DNA of 64,000 bases from an uncultured Acetatifactor sp. Lineage in GTDB: Bacteria; Bacillota; Clostridia; Lachnospirales; Lachnospiraceae. Below the pieces are notes generated by a model that did no database searches, was not told the origin of the DNA, and was given only the letters and a program-made list of their open reading frames with translations. Shown piece by piece: positions 47,974-57,962 of the stretch. Position 1 is the first letter of the stretch; each line of letters begins with the position of its first letter. The translations under genes were made by a program, and so were the position numbers. Where the stretch lies: positions 18,160-82,159 of the forward strand of contig CAJUJU010000003.1 in NCBI GenBank assembly GCA_910586835.1, given 5' to 3'.

Positions 47974-48672
47974 ATGAAGAAGTTGGCAATTATTACGGCC
48001 CGGGGAGGCAGTAAGAGAATTCCCGGGAAGAATATCAGGGAGTTCTGCGGGAAGCCCATATTGGCCTATTCTGTGGAGGCGGCGGTTTACTCCGGCCTGT
48101 TTGACGAGGTAATGGTATCCACAGACGACAGAGAGATAGCCGAGATCGGAAAACAATATGGAGCGAGAGTTCCATTTTACCGAAGCGAAAGAACTTCTGA
48201 CGACTACGCTACCACTAACGACGTACTGTTGGAGGTGCTGGAGGAATATGAAAAAAGGGGAGAGTACTTTGAGGCAGCATGCTGTCTTTATCCCACCGCC
48301 CCTTTTGTGACAGCGGAGAAACTGAAGAATGCCATGGAACTGTTGCTTGCGTCCGATGCGGATACGCTGATTCCGGTGGTGGCTTTTTCTTACCCGCCGC
48401 AGCGGGCTATGGTGGTGAAGGAGGACAGGCTGGTATTTGAATATCCTCAATATATAGATGCCCGCTCTCAGGATCTCACCCCTCATTACCATGATGTGGG
48501 ACAGTTCTACTGCTTCCGAACGGAAGCCTACCGGAAAAACAAAAAGCTGATGTTGGGTAATATTCTGCCTATGGTTATCTCCGAGCTGGAAGTGCAGGAT
48601 ATTGATAATCTCACCGATTGGGAGATTGCCGAGATGAAATACCGTCTGATGATGCAGAAAACGGAGAGGTGA
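47974..48672 (+). CDS. pseF: Pseudaminic acid cytidylyltransferase
   Basis: ARGGSKRIPGKNI, VSTDD, CCLYPTAP, RSQDL...YHD.GQFY, QDID...DW..AE.KY. Confidence 0.9.
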   Translation: MKKLAIITARGGSKRIPGKNIREFCGKPILAYSVEAAVYSGLFDEVMVSTDDREIAEIGKQYGARVPFYRSERTSDDYATTNDVLLEVLEEYEKRGEYFEAACCLYPTAPFVTAEKLKNAMELLLASDADTLIPVVAFSYPPQRAMVVKEDRLVFEYPQYIDARSQDLTPHYHDVGQFYCFRTEAYRKNKKLMLGNILPMVISELEVQDIDNLTDWEIAEMKYRLMMQKTER

Positions 48673-50333
48673 GAGACTTGTCTGGAATTGCGCTTCTGTC
48701 AAACGTAAATATGAATATGGTGATTCGCATGTTGGGACGGAAGGTTTCGGTCTGGCAGGCGGAGGGCTATGGAAATGAGCTGGGAATCCTGATGAATCCG
48801 GACTCTTCCTATGCCCGGTTCCGGCCGGAATATACCTTTCTGGTCATGGATTTACTGGAGCTTCTGGAGCATGAGACAGAGCTCTGCGCGGCGGAGGAAA
48901 AGATTGCGGCCTGGTTTCGCGGGCTGGAAAACGCACTGAAGCCGGAGACGGTTTACTATGTGGCTGATGCCTGCCTCTGGGGAGCGGAGCTGTCTGTGAT
49001 GGATGACAGAGGGCAGAGGGCAGCGTTGGAGCAGCTCTGGCAGAAATATCTGGATAGATTGCGGGGCGCAAAAGAGAATGTGCGGATTCTTCCCTACCGG
49101 CAGCTGCTGATCCGGCTGGGGGAGGAGAATGCTTTTTCCCCCAAGATGTGGTATATGGGAAAGGTGCTTTTGAGCAACGAGGCACAGAAGAGGCTTTGTG
49201 ACCTGATTCTGGATAAATTGCGGATTGAGACGAGAACACCGAAAAAGGTGTTGGCATTGGACTTGGATAACACGCTTTGGGGCGGGCTTGCGGGAGAAAA
49301 TGACAACACTCCCATAGAGCTTTCGGAAGAGCATGGCGGGCTTGCCTACAAAAATCTGCAGCGTGTCATTCTTCAGATGCAGCGGCAGGGAGTGCTTCTG
49401 GTGATTGTGTCAAAAAACAACGAACAGGACGCACAGGAGATTCTGGAGGAGCATCCTCATATGGTGCTTAGGCCGTCGGCTTTTGCCGCCAGGCGGATCA
49501 ATTGGAAAGCGAAGCACGAGAATATCCGGGAGATTGCAGGGGAGCTGAATTTGGGAACGGATTCTTTTGTGTTCTGGGATGACAGCCCCGCGGAACGGCA
49601 GCTTGTCCGGGAGATGCTTCCCGAGGTGACGGTGCCTGAATTTCCGGAAAAGCCGGAGGAGCTGGCCGGAGCCATGGCGGAGATTTACAGGGAATATTTT
49701 GAGAAACCTGCGGTGACAGAGGAAGATTTGGCCAAGACGGCCCAGTACGCGGCCAATGCGGAGAGAAACAGACTGCGGGAGGAGACGGGCAGCTTTGAGG
49801 ATTATCTGCGCAGACTTCAGATCGTTGTGACCAGAGAGATCCCGGGCAAGCATGTGGAGCGTCTGCAGCAGTTGGTGAATAAGACGAATCAATTTAATCT
49901 GACTACAAGAAGATATACCCGGGAAGAGCTGGAGGGGCTGCTTGCGGATGCCAAAAGAAAGGTGTATCTGTACAGTGTGGCGGATCGCTTTGGAGATAAC
50001 GGTATTGTGGCGGCGGCGGTGGCGGCAGTGGACGGCAGGACAGCCGTGCTGGAAGAGTTTGTGATGAGCTGCCGGGTCATGGGAAAGAATATCGAGTATG
50101 GTATTCTGAATGATGTGGAGGAGGATTTGCGGTCACAGGGAATAGAGTGTCTGCGGGGTATTTATCTTCCCACGGCGAAGAATCAGCCGGTGGAAAAACT
50201 GTATGAACGGCTGGGCTACAGCAGGATGGCCTGCGGAGCCGGAACCGAGGCAGAGGGGACTGCGGAGGTGTACGAACTGCAGTTGGCAGAAAAACCGGAA
50301 CGGGTTTGTTTTCTGAAGTTGAGGAATGCCTGA
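48669..50333 (+). CDS. FkbH-like HAD-IIIC glyceryl transferase/phosphatase
   Basis: KKVLALDLDNTLWGG, SKN, INW..K, FWDDSPAER, KTNQFNLT, DRFGDNG, MSCRV; GTG 48669 overlaps the pseF stop. Confidence 0.9.
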   Translation: MRDLSGIALLSNVNMNMVIRMLGRKVSVWQAEGYGNELGILMNPDSSYARFRPEYTFLVMDLLELLEHETELCAAEEKIAAWFRGLENALKPETVYYVADACLWGAELSVMDDRGQRAALEQLWQKYLDRLRGAKENVRILPYRQLLIRLGEENAFSPKMWYMGKVLLSNEAQKRLCDLILDKLRIETRTPKKVLALDLDNTLWGGLAGENDNTPIELSEEHGGLAYKNLQRVILQMQRQGVLLVIVSKNNEQDAQEILEEHPHMVLRPSAFAARRINWKAKHENIREIAGELNLGTDSFVFWDDSPAERQLVREMLPEVTVPEFPEKPEELAGAMAEIYREYFEKPAVTEEDLAKTAQYAANAERNRLREETGSFEDYLRRLQIVVTREIPGKHVERLQQLVNKTNQFNLTTRRYTREELEGLLADAKRKVYLYSVADRFGDNGIVAAAVAAVDGRTAVLEEFVMSCRVMGKNIEYGILNDVEEDLRSQGIECLRGIYLPTAKNQPVEKLYERLGYSRMACGAGTEAEGTAEVYELQLAEKPERVCFLKLRNA

Positions 50334-50584
50334 TGAAGCGGGCGGATGGGAGCGTTATGAAGAAGAAAATCATTGATCTGATCGAGGAGGCGCTGAATGT
50401 GCCGAAGGGAACAATAACGGAAGATACCAGGATCGCGGACGTGGAGGAATGGGATTCTCTGGCGCATGTGATGATCATCGGTGAGCTGGAGGAAAAGCTG
50501 GGTATTTCCATTCCGCTGGAGGAGGCCGTGGAGCTCACGGGAATGCAGGAGCTGTTTGTCTGTGCCGGTATACAGACAGAGTAG
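50333..50584 (+). CDS. Acyl carrier protein (start 50333 or 50357)
   Basis: Small acidic protein with WDSL phosphopantetheine attachment motif. Confidence 0.88.
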   Translation: MKRADGSVMKKKIIDLIEEALNVPKGTITEDTRIADVEEWDSLAHVMIIGELEEKLGISIPLEEAVELTGMQELFVCAGIQTE

Positions 50585-50602
50585 ATAAGGACGGAGATCA
50601 GT

Positions 50603-51172
50603 ATGAGTGTGACGCTGCGGGACATCCGGGAGGATGATCTGGAAAAAATCATGAACTGGCGCATGGATCCGGATATCACGAGATACATGAACACGGATCC
50701 GAAGCTGACTCTTGCAGGACAGAGAAACTGGTTTGAGAAGGTGAAGGGTGACAGCAATGTCCGGTACTGGATGATCCTGGTGGACGGAGAGCCGGCGGGA
50801 GTGATCAATCTGACAGGGCTTGACAGTCCGAAGGGGGAACTGGGCTGGGCTTATTATATGGGAGAGAAGAGGCTGCGCAGCATACAGACGGCACTGGCAT
50901 TGGAGATGAGCATGTACGATTATGTGTTCGGCGTGCTGAAAAAACGCGCCGTCTACGGGGATGTATTCACTTTGAATAAGGGTGTGATTCAGCTTCATAA
51001 GCTGTGCGGCTGTGAAGTGGCGGAAGAAAAAAAGAAGCATGTCTGTAAAAACGGGGTGTTTTATGATGTAACCTTCCTGCGCATGACGGCAGAGCTGTGG
51101 AGCCAGGTCGGTTCTGGAAAAAAGTATGAAAAAATCGACTTTGACTGCGGAAGGGAGGCAGGCAGTGAATAA
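50603..51172 (+). CDS. pseH: PseH-like UDP-4-amino sugar N-acyltransferase (GNAT)
   Basis: DLE.IM.WR....IT.YM.T, WAYY.G, N..VI.LH..CG; immediately upstream of pseI. Confidence 0.75.
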   Translation: MSVTLRDIREDDLEKIMNWRMDPDITRYMNTDPKLTLAGQRNWFEKVKGDSNVRYWMILVDGEPAGVINLTGLDSPKGELGWAYYMGEKRLRSIQTALALEMSMYDYVFGVLKKRAVYGDVFTLNKGVIQLHKLCGCEVAEEKKKHVCKNGVFYDVTFLRMTAELWSQVGSGKKYEKIDFDCGREAGSE

Positions 51173-52235
51173 AGAGATCAAAATCGGGAAGCGTCTCATA
51201 GGAGGAGATGCTCCCACCTTTATCATCGCGGAGATGTCGGCCAATCACAATATGGATTTTGACAGGGCTGTGGCTATTCTGCGCGCGGCGAAGGAGGCCG
51301 GGGCAGATGCCGTGAAAATACAGACCTACACGGCAGACACTATTACGCTGGACTGTGATGATCCGTGTTTTCAGATTACCCAGGGGACACTTTGGGACGG
51401 TATGACGCTCCATAAACTGTACGAGACGGCGTACACTCCCTGGGAGTGGCAGCCAAAGCTGAAGAGGCTTGCGGAGGAGATGGGGCTGGAGTTTTTTTCC
51501 TCTCCTTTTGATCTGACAGCAGTGGACTTCCTGGAGGAATTGGATGTGCCTGCCTATAAGGTAGCATCTTTTGAAATCAACGACATCCCTATGATCCGGA
51601 AGATAGCCAGGTTGGGCAAGCCTGTGATTCTTGCAACGGGAATCGCACACTTATCTGATATTGAGTTGGCTGTAAGAACCTGCAGGGAAGAGGGAAATGA
51701 GAATGTTATTTTGCTGAAATGTACCTCTGCCTATCCTGCGCCTTATGAGGATGTAAATCTCAGGACGATTCCTGCCATGGCGGAAACCTTTGACTGTATC
51801 ACAGGACTGTCGGATCATACTATGGGAGCAGCCGTGCCGGGAGCGGCAGTGGCTTTGGGAGCGAGAGTGATAGAGAAGCATTTGACGCTCAGAAGGGCGG
51901 ACGGCGGCGCGGATTCCGCTTTTTCCATGGAGCCGCATGAGTTTCGGGAGATGGTGGATAATATCCGCAGGATCGAACTTGCACTTGGCCGTGTCACATA
52001 TGAGCTTTCCCCGAAGGCGGCCAGGGAAAGGGAGCACTCCCGCTCTCTGTTTGTGGCCAGGGATATGAAGGCGGGAGAGGTGTTTACGCCGGAAAACCTC
52101 CGCTCCGTGCGGCCTGCGGACGGTCTTCACACAAAGTATTACGAGGAGCTGCTGGGGAGGCGGATTGCAAGAGACGCAAGGCTGGGAACACCTATGAGCT
52201 GGGATCTGGTGGATTTCGGGCAGGAGGATCGGTGA
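51165..52235 (+). CDS. pseI: Pseudaminic acid synthase
   Basis: IIAEMSANHN, KIQTYTADT.T, YTPWEW, YKVASFE, LKCTSAYP, GLSDHT, IEKH, C-terminal SAF/AFP domain; GTG 51165 after GGGAGG. Confidence 0.92.
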   Translation: MNKEIKIGKRLIGGDAPTFIIAEMSANHNMDFDRAVAILRAAKEAGADAVKIQTYTADTITLDCDDPCFQITQGTLWDGMTLHKLYETAYTPWEWQPKLKRLAEEMGLEFFSSPFDLTAVDFLEELDVPAYKVASFEINDIPMIRKIARLGKPVILATGIAHLSDIELAVRTCREEGNENVILLKCTSAYPAPYEDVNLRTIPAMAETFDCITGLSDHTMGAAVPGAAVALGARVIEKHLTLRRADGGADSAFSMEPHEFREMVDNIRRIELALGRVTYELSPKAAREREHSRSLFVARDMKAGEVFTPENLRSVRPADGLHTKYYEELLGRRIARDARLGTPMSWDLVDFGQEDR

Positions 52236-53314
52236 TGTATATCATTCGTGCCGACGGAAATGCAGTGATCGGTGCAGGACATCTTATGCGCTGTATGACT
52301 GTGGCGGAGGAGTTAAAACGCCGGGGGGCGCAGGTTCTGTTTCTCTGCGCCGACGGACAGTCTGCATCTATGGCGGCGGAGCATGGCTTTGAGTCGGAGA
52401 GTCTGTGTGATTCTGTTTCCGGGACAGGCGGCAGGAAAGAGGCGCTTCAGAGCGAACTGCCCGCATGGGAGAGGATCCTGAAGCGGAGGAATTGCCTGCA
52501 GGACAATGTTATTCTGGCGGACAGCTACCGGATAACGGATATTTATCTGGAAGGCCTGAAGCGGTTTGGAAGGGTGGCTATGCTGGATGACATGGGGCAG
52601 AGACGTTTTCCGGCAGATCTGATCATCAATTACAATGCGCCTGCGGATCCGGAGGTGTACAGGAGACTGTACGAGGGGAGTGGAAGCTGTGTGTTGACGG
52701 GCAGCAGGTATATTCCGCTGAGGCGACAGTTTGGGCAGAGCGATTACCAGGTTCGTTCCCAAGTCGGAAGGGTGCTGATTACGACGGGGGGCGGTGACGT
52801 GAATAACATCGCCGGACAGATTCTGGATAGAATCTATGCTGCGGGCAAGGAATTTTATCTGGTCGTCGGCCGGTTCAATCCCTGTTTTGAGGAGCTGAAT
52901 AAGATTGCGGAAAGCTGTAATAATGTGTCTGTTTTCCATAATGTGAGGAATATGGCGGAACTGATGGCAGAGTGTGACATTGCCGTCACGGCGGGGGGAA
53001 CCACCGTATATGAGCTGGCGGCGGTGGGGGTGCCTTTTATCTGCTTTTCCTGTGCCGAGAACCAGGAGGCGCTGACGGAGTATGTGGGGAGAACGGGGAT
53101 CGCAGGGGCGGCTGGTGCTTATCACAGGGAGCCGGAACGGATGTTTGAGAATTTGAGCCGCCTTTTTGACAGCATGGTCTCCCACAGAGAAATTCGGGAG
53201 CGCTTCAGCAGGGCGGAGCAGGGGATGGTGGACGGCGGTGGAGCAGAACGTCTTGCAAATGCTTTGGAGCAGCTTTCCAGGGCACACAATTGCGACTGTT
53301 TGGAGAGGATTTAG
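52232..53314 (+). CDS. pseG: UDP-2,4-diacylamino-2,4,6-trideoxy-altrose hydrolase
   Basis: IRADG...IG.GHLMRC, DSY, LDD, TTGGGD, AGGTT.YEL, AENQ, VDG.GA. Confidence 0.88.
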   Translation: MMYIIRADGNAVIGAGHLMRCMTVAEELKRRGAQVLFLCADGQSASMAAEHGFESESLCDSVSGTGGRKEALQSELPAWERILKRRNCLQDNVILADSYRITDIYLEGLKRFGRVAMLDDMGQRRFPADLIINYNAPADPEVYRRLYEGSGSCVLTGSRYIPLRRQFGQSDYQVRSQVGRVLITTGGGDVNNIAGQILDRIYAAGKEFYLVVGRFNPCFEELNKIAESCNNVSVFHNVRNMAELMAECDIAVTAGGTTVYELAAVGVPFICFSCAENQEALTEYVGRTGIAGAAGAYHREPERMFENLSRLFDSMVSHREIRERFSRAEQGMVDGGGAERLANALEQLSRAHNCDCLERI

Positions 53315-54169
53315 ATGGGACAAGGGCAGAAAAACCGTTCTAAAATTCTATATGGCGCTGTGATACTGGTGTTTTTTCTGGTTTTTTTTAATCTGTCCTT
53401 GGGATGGGGGGAACCGGAGGAAAAGCAGACGGTTCAGATTGTATTTTTCGGAGACAGCTCCTATGGTAATATCCGGGATGAATCGGCTATTCCTGAGCAG
53501 GTGGGAAGGTTGTCCGGAAAGACGGTGTTTAATGCTGCATTTGGCGGCACCAGTGCCAGCAGGCAGGACAGGGGGCAGAGGTTGGATCGTTCTTTTGATT
53601 CTCTGTCTCTTGCGGCTTTGAGCAAAGCAATTTGTTTTGAAGATTATGGGGTGCAGAATACTATCCGGCCTACGCAGGATATCACCTGGTATTTTGTGGA
53701 GACGGTGAAAAAGCTGCAGGGTATTGATTTTTCCGGTGTGGAGACAATAATCATAGGTCATGGGCTGAATGATTATTACAGCGGTGTTTCCTTGGAGAGC
53801 GATAAGGATCCCATGGATGAGTATACTTTTGCGGGAGCGCTTCGAAGTTCCCTGACAGCATTGAAGCAGGTGAATCCGTCTGCGAGAATTGTGCTTTTGA
53901 CACCGACCTATAACTGGTTGACAGCAGGACGGCAGACCTGTGAAGAATTTGATGGCGGAGGCGGTTTCCTGGAAGCCTATGTGGAGAAGGAAATACAGGT
54001 TGCAGCTGAGATGGATGTTGAGGTAATAGATCTGTATCATGACTTTTTTCCACATGAGAGTTGGGAGGATTGGATGCTCTATACCGAGGACGGCCTGCAC
54101 CCAAATGAGGCAGGGAGAGCCTGGATAGCGGAAAAGATAGCAGATTATCTGGAAGGAGAGATAGAATGA
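53315..54169 (+). CDS. Membrane-anchored SGNH/GDSL family protein
   Basis: N-terminal TM; FFGDSS, FNAAFGG, HGLND, DGLHPN. Confidence 0.87.
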   Translation: MGQGQKNRSKILYGAVILVFFLVFFNLSLGWGEPEEKQTVQIVFFGDSSYGNIRDESAIPEQVGRLSGKTVFNAAFGGTSASRQDRGQRLDRSFDSLSLAALSKAICFEDYGVQNTIRPTQDITWYFVETVKKLQGIDFSGVETIIIGHGLNDYYSGVSLESDKDPMDEYTFAGALRSSLTALKQVNPSARIVLLTPTYNWLTAGRQTCEEFDGGGGFLEAYVEKEIQVAAEMDVEVIDLYHDFFPHESWEDWMLYTEDGLHPNEAGRAWIAEKIADYLEGEIE

Positions 54170-55770
54170 TGTCTCCCGGAGAGTTGTTGAATAGCATACA
54201 AAAGAAAATCAAACAAGAGTGGAAAACCGCTTTTTTTGCGGCGGCGGCAGTGGGGCTGCTGGTACATATGCCGGTGCTTCTGTCGGATATTCCCAATCAT
54301 GACGGTCTTGACAGCCTGTATTTTGATCAGAACATGATTACTTCCGGCAGATGGTTCCTGATGGTTGCCTGCGGGTTTTCCTCTTTTTATACCATTCCCT
54401 GGATTATAGGACTTCTGGGAATTTTTTTCCTGGGACTGACGGCGGCTGCGTTGACGGAGCTTTTGGAAATAAAGAGGCTCTGGGCTGCTGCTGCGGTGGG
54501 GGGACTGCTGGTATCCTTTCCGGCGTTGGCATCCACCTTCGCCTATGTGTTTACCCTGGACGGGTATATGCTGGCCATGCTGTTGTCGGTGTTGTCGGTA
54601 CTTTTTACGAAGCGATGGAAGTATGGCTTTCTGCCCGGAGCGGTGTGCCTGGCCTTTAGTCTGGGGACATATCAGGGCTATTTGTCCTTTGCCATGATCC
54701 TGTCGGTGTTTTCAATTTTGATGCTGGCAATGGAGCCAGAAGGCTTTCGGGAGAAGCTGCGGCGGGGCGCCCGCTATCTTTATATGGGCATTCTTGGAGC
54801 AGCGCTTTACTATGGCATTCTTCAGCTTCTGCTGCGTCTGCAGGGAAAGGAACTGGCGGACTATCAGGGAATAGACGGCATGGCGTCAGGTGCGATGCCT
54901 GAAGAAGTACTGAGTGCTATTGGAAAAATGTATCAGGACTTTGTTGGCTTCAGCCTGAAAGGAAATGTTCTGTTTCAGAACGGAATATCCCTGGCTGCAT
55001 GGATTTTGCTGGCGCTTTCGGCAATTTCGATCTTTGCGGTGCTGATTATAAAAAGAAAATGGTGGAAGAACCCCTGGTTTTTCGTTATAATGATATGGAC
55101 CGTGGCAATTCTTCCGCTTGTGACGAATGTAATTTTATTGATTTCTCCGAATGTGAATTATCATTTATTGATGCGGTATCAGTGGATACTGTACCCCATT
55201 GGAATACTGGCACTGACAGGAAAGTACGGAGGGGAGCTGATTGAGGAGGGTGTGGGAGGTAAACCTGAAGACGGAAGAAGACAGAGAGTTGCTCTGCGTG
55301 GCTGCGTTGTGGAATGGGCGGTATTTGGAGCGGCATTTGTATTGGTGTTTTTCTATGGGGTGGTGGATAATATCGGCTACAGCAATTTACAGAAGCGATA
55401 TGAGAAGACCTATGCCTACTGTGTGCGCCTTCTGGACAGGATCGAACAAACCCCCGGCTATTATCAGGGAATTCCCATTGCCATGATCGGTGTGGTGGGA
55501 GAAGAGGAGTTTCCGGTTACGGATATCAGCTTACCCGTCACATCAGGAATGATTGGACTAAATGGTGATGTACTTCTGTATACGGGAAATAATTACAGTA
55601 AGTTTATTCGAAATTACCTTGGTGCAACTCTGAATATTTTGCCTGCGGATGCGATGGCGGATATGTACTATGAGGAAGAATACATGTCTATGGACAGTTT
55701 CCCGGGCAGTGATTCCATCCGTATCATCGACGGAATCATGTATATTAAGACAGAGAATATAAATCATTGA
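54166..55770 (+). CDS. GtrII/Glucos_trans_II-like membrane glycosyltransferase (GT-C)
   Basis: NHDG...Y......SGRW, SLGTYQ, YQG motifs; about 11 TMs. Confidence 0.7.
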   Translation: MMSPGELLNSIQKKIKQEWKTAFFAAAAVGLLVHMPVLLSDIPNHDGLDSLYFDQNMITSGRWFLMVACGFSSFYTIPWIIGLLGIFFLGLTAAALTELLEIKRLWAAAAVGGLLVSFPALASTFAYVFTLDGYMLAMLLSVLSVLFTKRWKYGFLPGAVCLAFSLGTYQGYLSFAMILSVFSILMLAMEPEGFREKLRRGARYLYMGILGAALYYGILQLLLRLQGKELADYQGIDGMASGAMPEEVLSAIGKMYQDFVGFSLKGNVLFQNGISLAAWILLALSAISIFAVLIIKRKWWKNPWFFVIMIWTVAILPLVTNVILLISPNVNYHLLMRYQWILYPIGILALTGKYGGELIEEGVGGKPEDGRRQRVALRGCVVEWAVFGAAFVLVFFYGVVDNIGYSNLQKRYEKTYAYCVRLLDRIEQTPGYYQGIPIAMIGVVGEEEFPVTDISLPVTSGMIGLNGDVLLYTGNNYSKFIRNYLGATLNILPADAMADMYYEEEYMSMDSFPGSDSIRIIDGIMYIKTENINH

Positions 55771-55831
55771 GTATCTTAACCAAATTGTGCGGAAAGTGAC
55801 GGAAGAGCGGATCAGGCGAAGGAGGAAGGAC

Positions 55832-56791
55832 ATGGCGTTGTTGTCAATTGTTCTGCCGGCTTATAACGAGGAACAGAATATCGGCAATACGGCAAGCGTA
55901 TTGTCGGCGCTGCTTGCGGAAAATGCCATAGAGTATGAACTGATTTTTATCAGCGACGGCTCCAGGGATGGCACATACGAAGAAATTGTCAAAGTGGCCC
56001 GGGAGAATCCCAGAGTCAAGGGTGCGGAGTTCAGCCGCAATTTCGGTAAGGAGGCCGGGATCTTTGCGGGACTGGAGTTGACGGGGGGAGATGCGGTTAT
56101 TGTCATGGACTGTGATTTACAGCATCCGCCGTCGGTGATTCCTGAAATGTGGAGACTCTGGCAGGAGGGCGCCGAGGTGGTGGAGGGGATCAAGACCGCC
56201 CGGGGACGGGAAAGCCTGGGACATAAGCTGTCAGCAGGGCTGTTTTATAAAATTATGAGCTGTCTGATCAAAATGGATATGAATGCATCCTCCGATTTTA
56301 AACTGCTGGATCGGAAGGTGGTGGATGTGCTGCTGGCGCTGCCGGAGCGAAATACCTTTTTCAGGGCATTAAGCTTCTGGGCGGGCTTTCGGACGGAAGC
56401 AGTACATTATGAAGTGCAGGAGAGACAGTTCGGGGAGAGCAAGTGGTCCTTTTTAAGTCTGATGCGGTATGCGATCAGCAATGCAACCTCCTTCAGTACC
56501 CTGCCTTTGCAGCTGGTGACGGTAATGGGACTGGTTTCCATTTTGTTCAGTGTTGTGCTGGCGGCTCAGACACTGGTGCGTTTCCTCATGGGAACGTCGG
56601 TGGAGGGATTTACCACGGTGATTCTGCTGATCCTGATCATAGGCGGCTTTCTGATGCTGAGCCTTGGGATTATCGGACACTATATTGCAAGAATTTATGA
56701 GGAAGTGAAAGGAAGACCCAAATACATCATCAGCAAGGTAACGGATAATGTTAAGGGGGAAATAATCGGAGCCTGGAGGAAAGGAAAATGA
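55832..56791 (+). CDS. GtrB-like bactoprenol glycosyltransferase (GT2)
   Basis: LPAYNE, DGSRD, SRNFGKE, MDCDLQHPP, DFKLLDR, two C-terminal TMs, IYEEVK.RP.YI. Confidence 0.88.
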   Translation: MALLSIVLPAYNEEQNIGNTASVLSALLAENAIEYELIFISDGSRDGTYEEIVKVARENPRVKGAEFSRNFGKEAGIFAGLELTGGDAVIVMDCDLQHPPSVIPEMWRLWQEGAEVVEGIKTARGRESLGHKLSAGLFYKIMSCLIKMDMNASSDFKLLDRKVVDVLLALPERNTFFRALSFWAGFRTEAVHYEVQERQFGESKWSFLSLMRYAISNATSFSTLPLQLVTVMGLVSILFSVVLAAQTLVRFLMGTSVEGFTTVILLILIIGGFLMLSLGIIGHYIARIYEEVKGRPKYIISKVTDNVKGEIIGAWRKGK

Positions 56792-57909
56792 TTAATTTTA
56801 ATGTGCCGCCCTGTGCGGACAATGCCATGGTATATATTCGAGAATGTGTACAGAATCAGAAGATTTGCGGCGACGGGGCATACACCAGAAAGTGCAATCA
56901 GTGGATCGAGGAGCGGACGGGGACGACAAAGTGCCTTCTTACCACCTCCTGCACCCATGCCACGGAGCTGGCAGCGCTGCTGTCGGATATCAAGCCCGGG
57001 GATGAGGTTATCATGCCGGCCTATACCTTTGTGTCCACGGCGGACGCTTTTGTTCTGAGAGGGGCGGTTCCGGTGTTTGTAGACATCAGGCCGGACACCA
57101 TGAATATTGACGAGAAGCTCATTGAATCCGCGGTGACGGACAGGACCAGGGCCATAGTTCCTGTTCATTATGCGGGAGTGTCCTGTGAGATGAATGCAAT
57201 CATGGAGATTGCGGAAAGACATGGACTTGTGGTGATTGAGGATGCGGCCCAGGGCATTATGGCTTCCTATAAGGGGAAGGCTCTGGGAACCATCGGGAAT
57301 TTCGGCTGCTTCAGCTTTCATGAGACAAAGAATTACAGTATGGGCGAGGGCGGCGCGCTGCTGATCCGGGACGGGAAGGATGTGGAAAACGCGGAGATCA
57401 TCCGGGAGAAGGGCACCAACCGGAGTAAATTTTACCGCGGCCAGATTGACAAATACACCTGGGTGAACTTCGGCTCCTCTTACCTGCCCAGCGATATGAA
57501 TGCGGCGTATCTGTATGCCCAGCTGGAGATTGCGGACAAGATAAACGACGCCAGACTGGCGCTCTGGAACCGTTATTATGAAAGGCTGCTGCCGCTGGCA
57601 GAGGCGGGACGGCTGGAGCTTCCCACGGTGCCGGAGGGCTGTGTGCACAATGCCCATATGTTTTATATCAAGGCCAGGGATATTGAGGAGAGGACTGCAA
57701 GGATTGCACAGCTGAAGGAGAATGAGATTCTGTCGGTATTTCATTATATTCCGCTTCATACGGCTCCGGCAGGGCTGAAGTTCGGACGGTTTCACGGGGA
57801 GGATAAATACACCACCGCGGAGAGTGAAAAGCTGATGCGGCTGCCCATGTATTACGGGCTTACTTTGGAGGAGGTAGATTTCATCTGCGACGTGATCATG
57901 AAGTTTTAG
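56788..57909 (+). CDS. rffA: dTDP-4-amino-4,6-dideoxygalactose transaminase
   Basis: GDG.YT.KC, LTTSCT.A.E, VHYAGV, FSFHETKN...GEGG, REKGTNRS.F.RGQ.DKYTW, HNAHMFY, FHYIPLH. Confidence 0.92.
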   Translation: MINFNVPPCADNAMVYIRECVQNQKICGDGAYTRKCNQWIEERTGTTKCLLTTSCTHATELAALLSDIKPGDEVIMPAYTFVSTADAFVLRGAVPVFVDIRPDTMNIDEKLIESAVTDRTRAIVPVHYAGVSCEMNAIMEIAERHGLVVIEDAAQGIMASYKGKALGTIGNFGCFSFHETKNYSMGEGGALLIRDGKDVENAEIIREKGTNRSKFYRGQIDKYTWVNFGSSYLPSDMNAAYLYAQLEIADKINDARLALWNRYYERLLPLAEAGRLELPTVPEGCVHNAHMFYIKARDIEERTARIAQLKENEILSVFHYIPLHTAPAGLKFGRFHGEDKYTTAESEKLMRLPMYYGLTLEEVDFICDVIMKF

Positions 57910-57962
57910 GCGCAGAGCCGCAGCCCCAATTGCCGCCCCAGGGCTTGGGCATGGAGGAAGAT

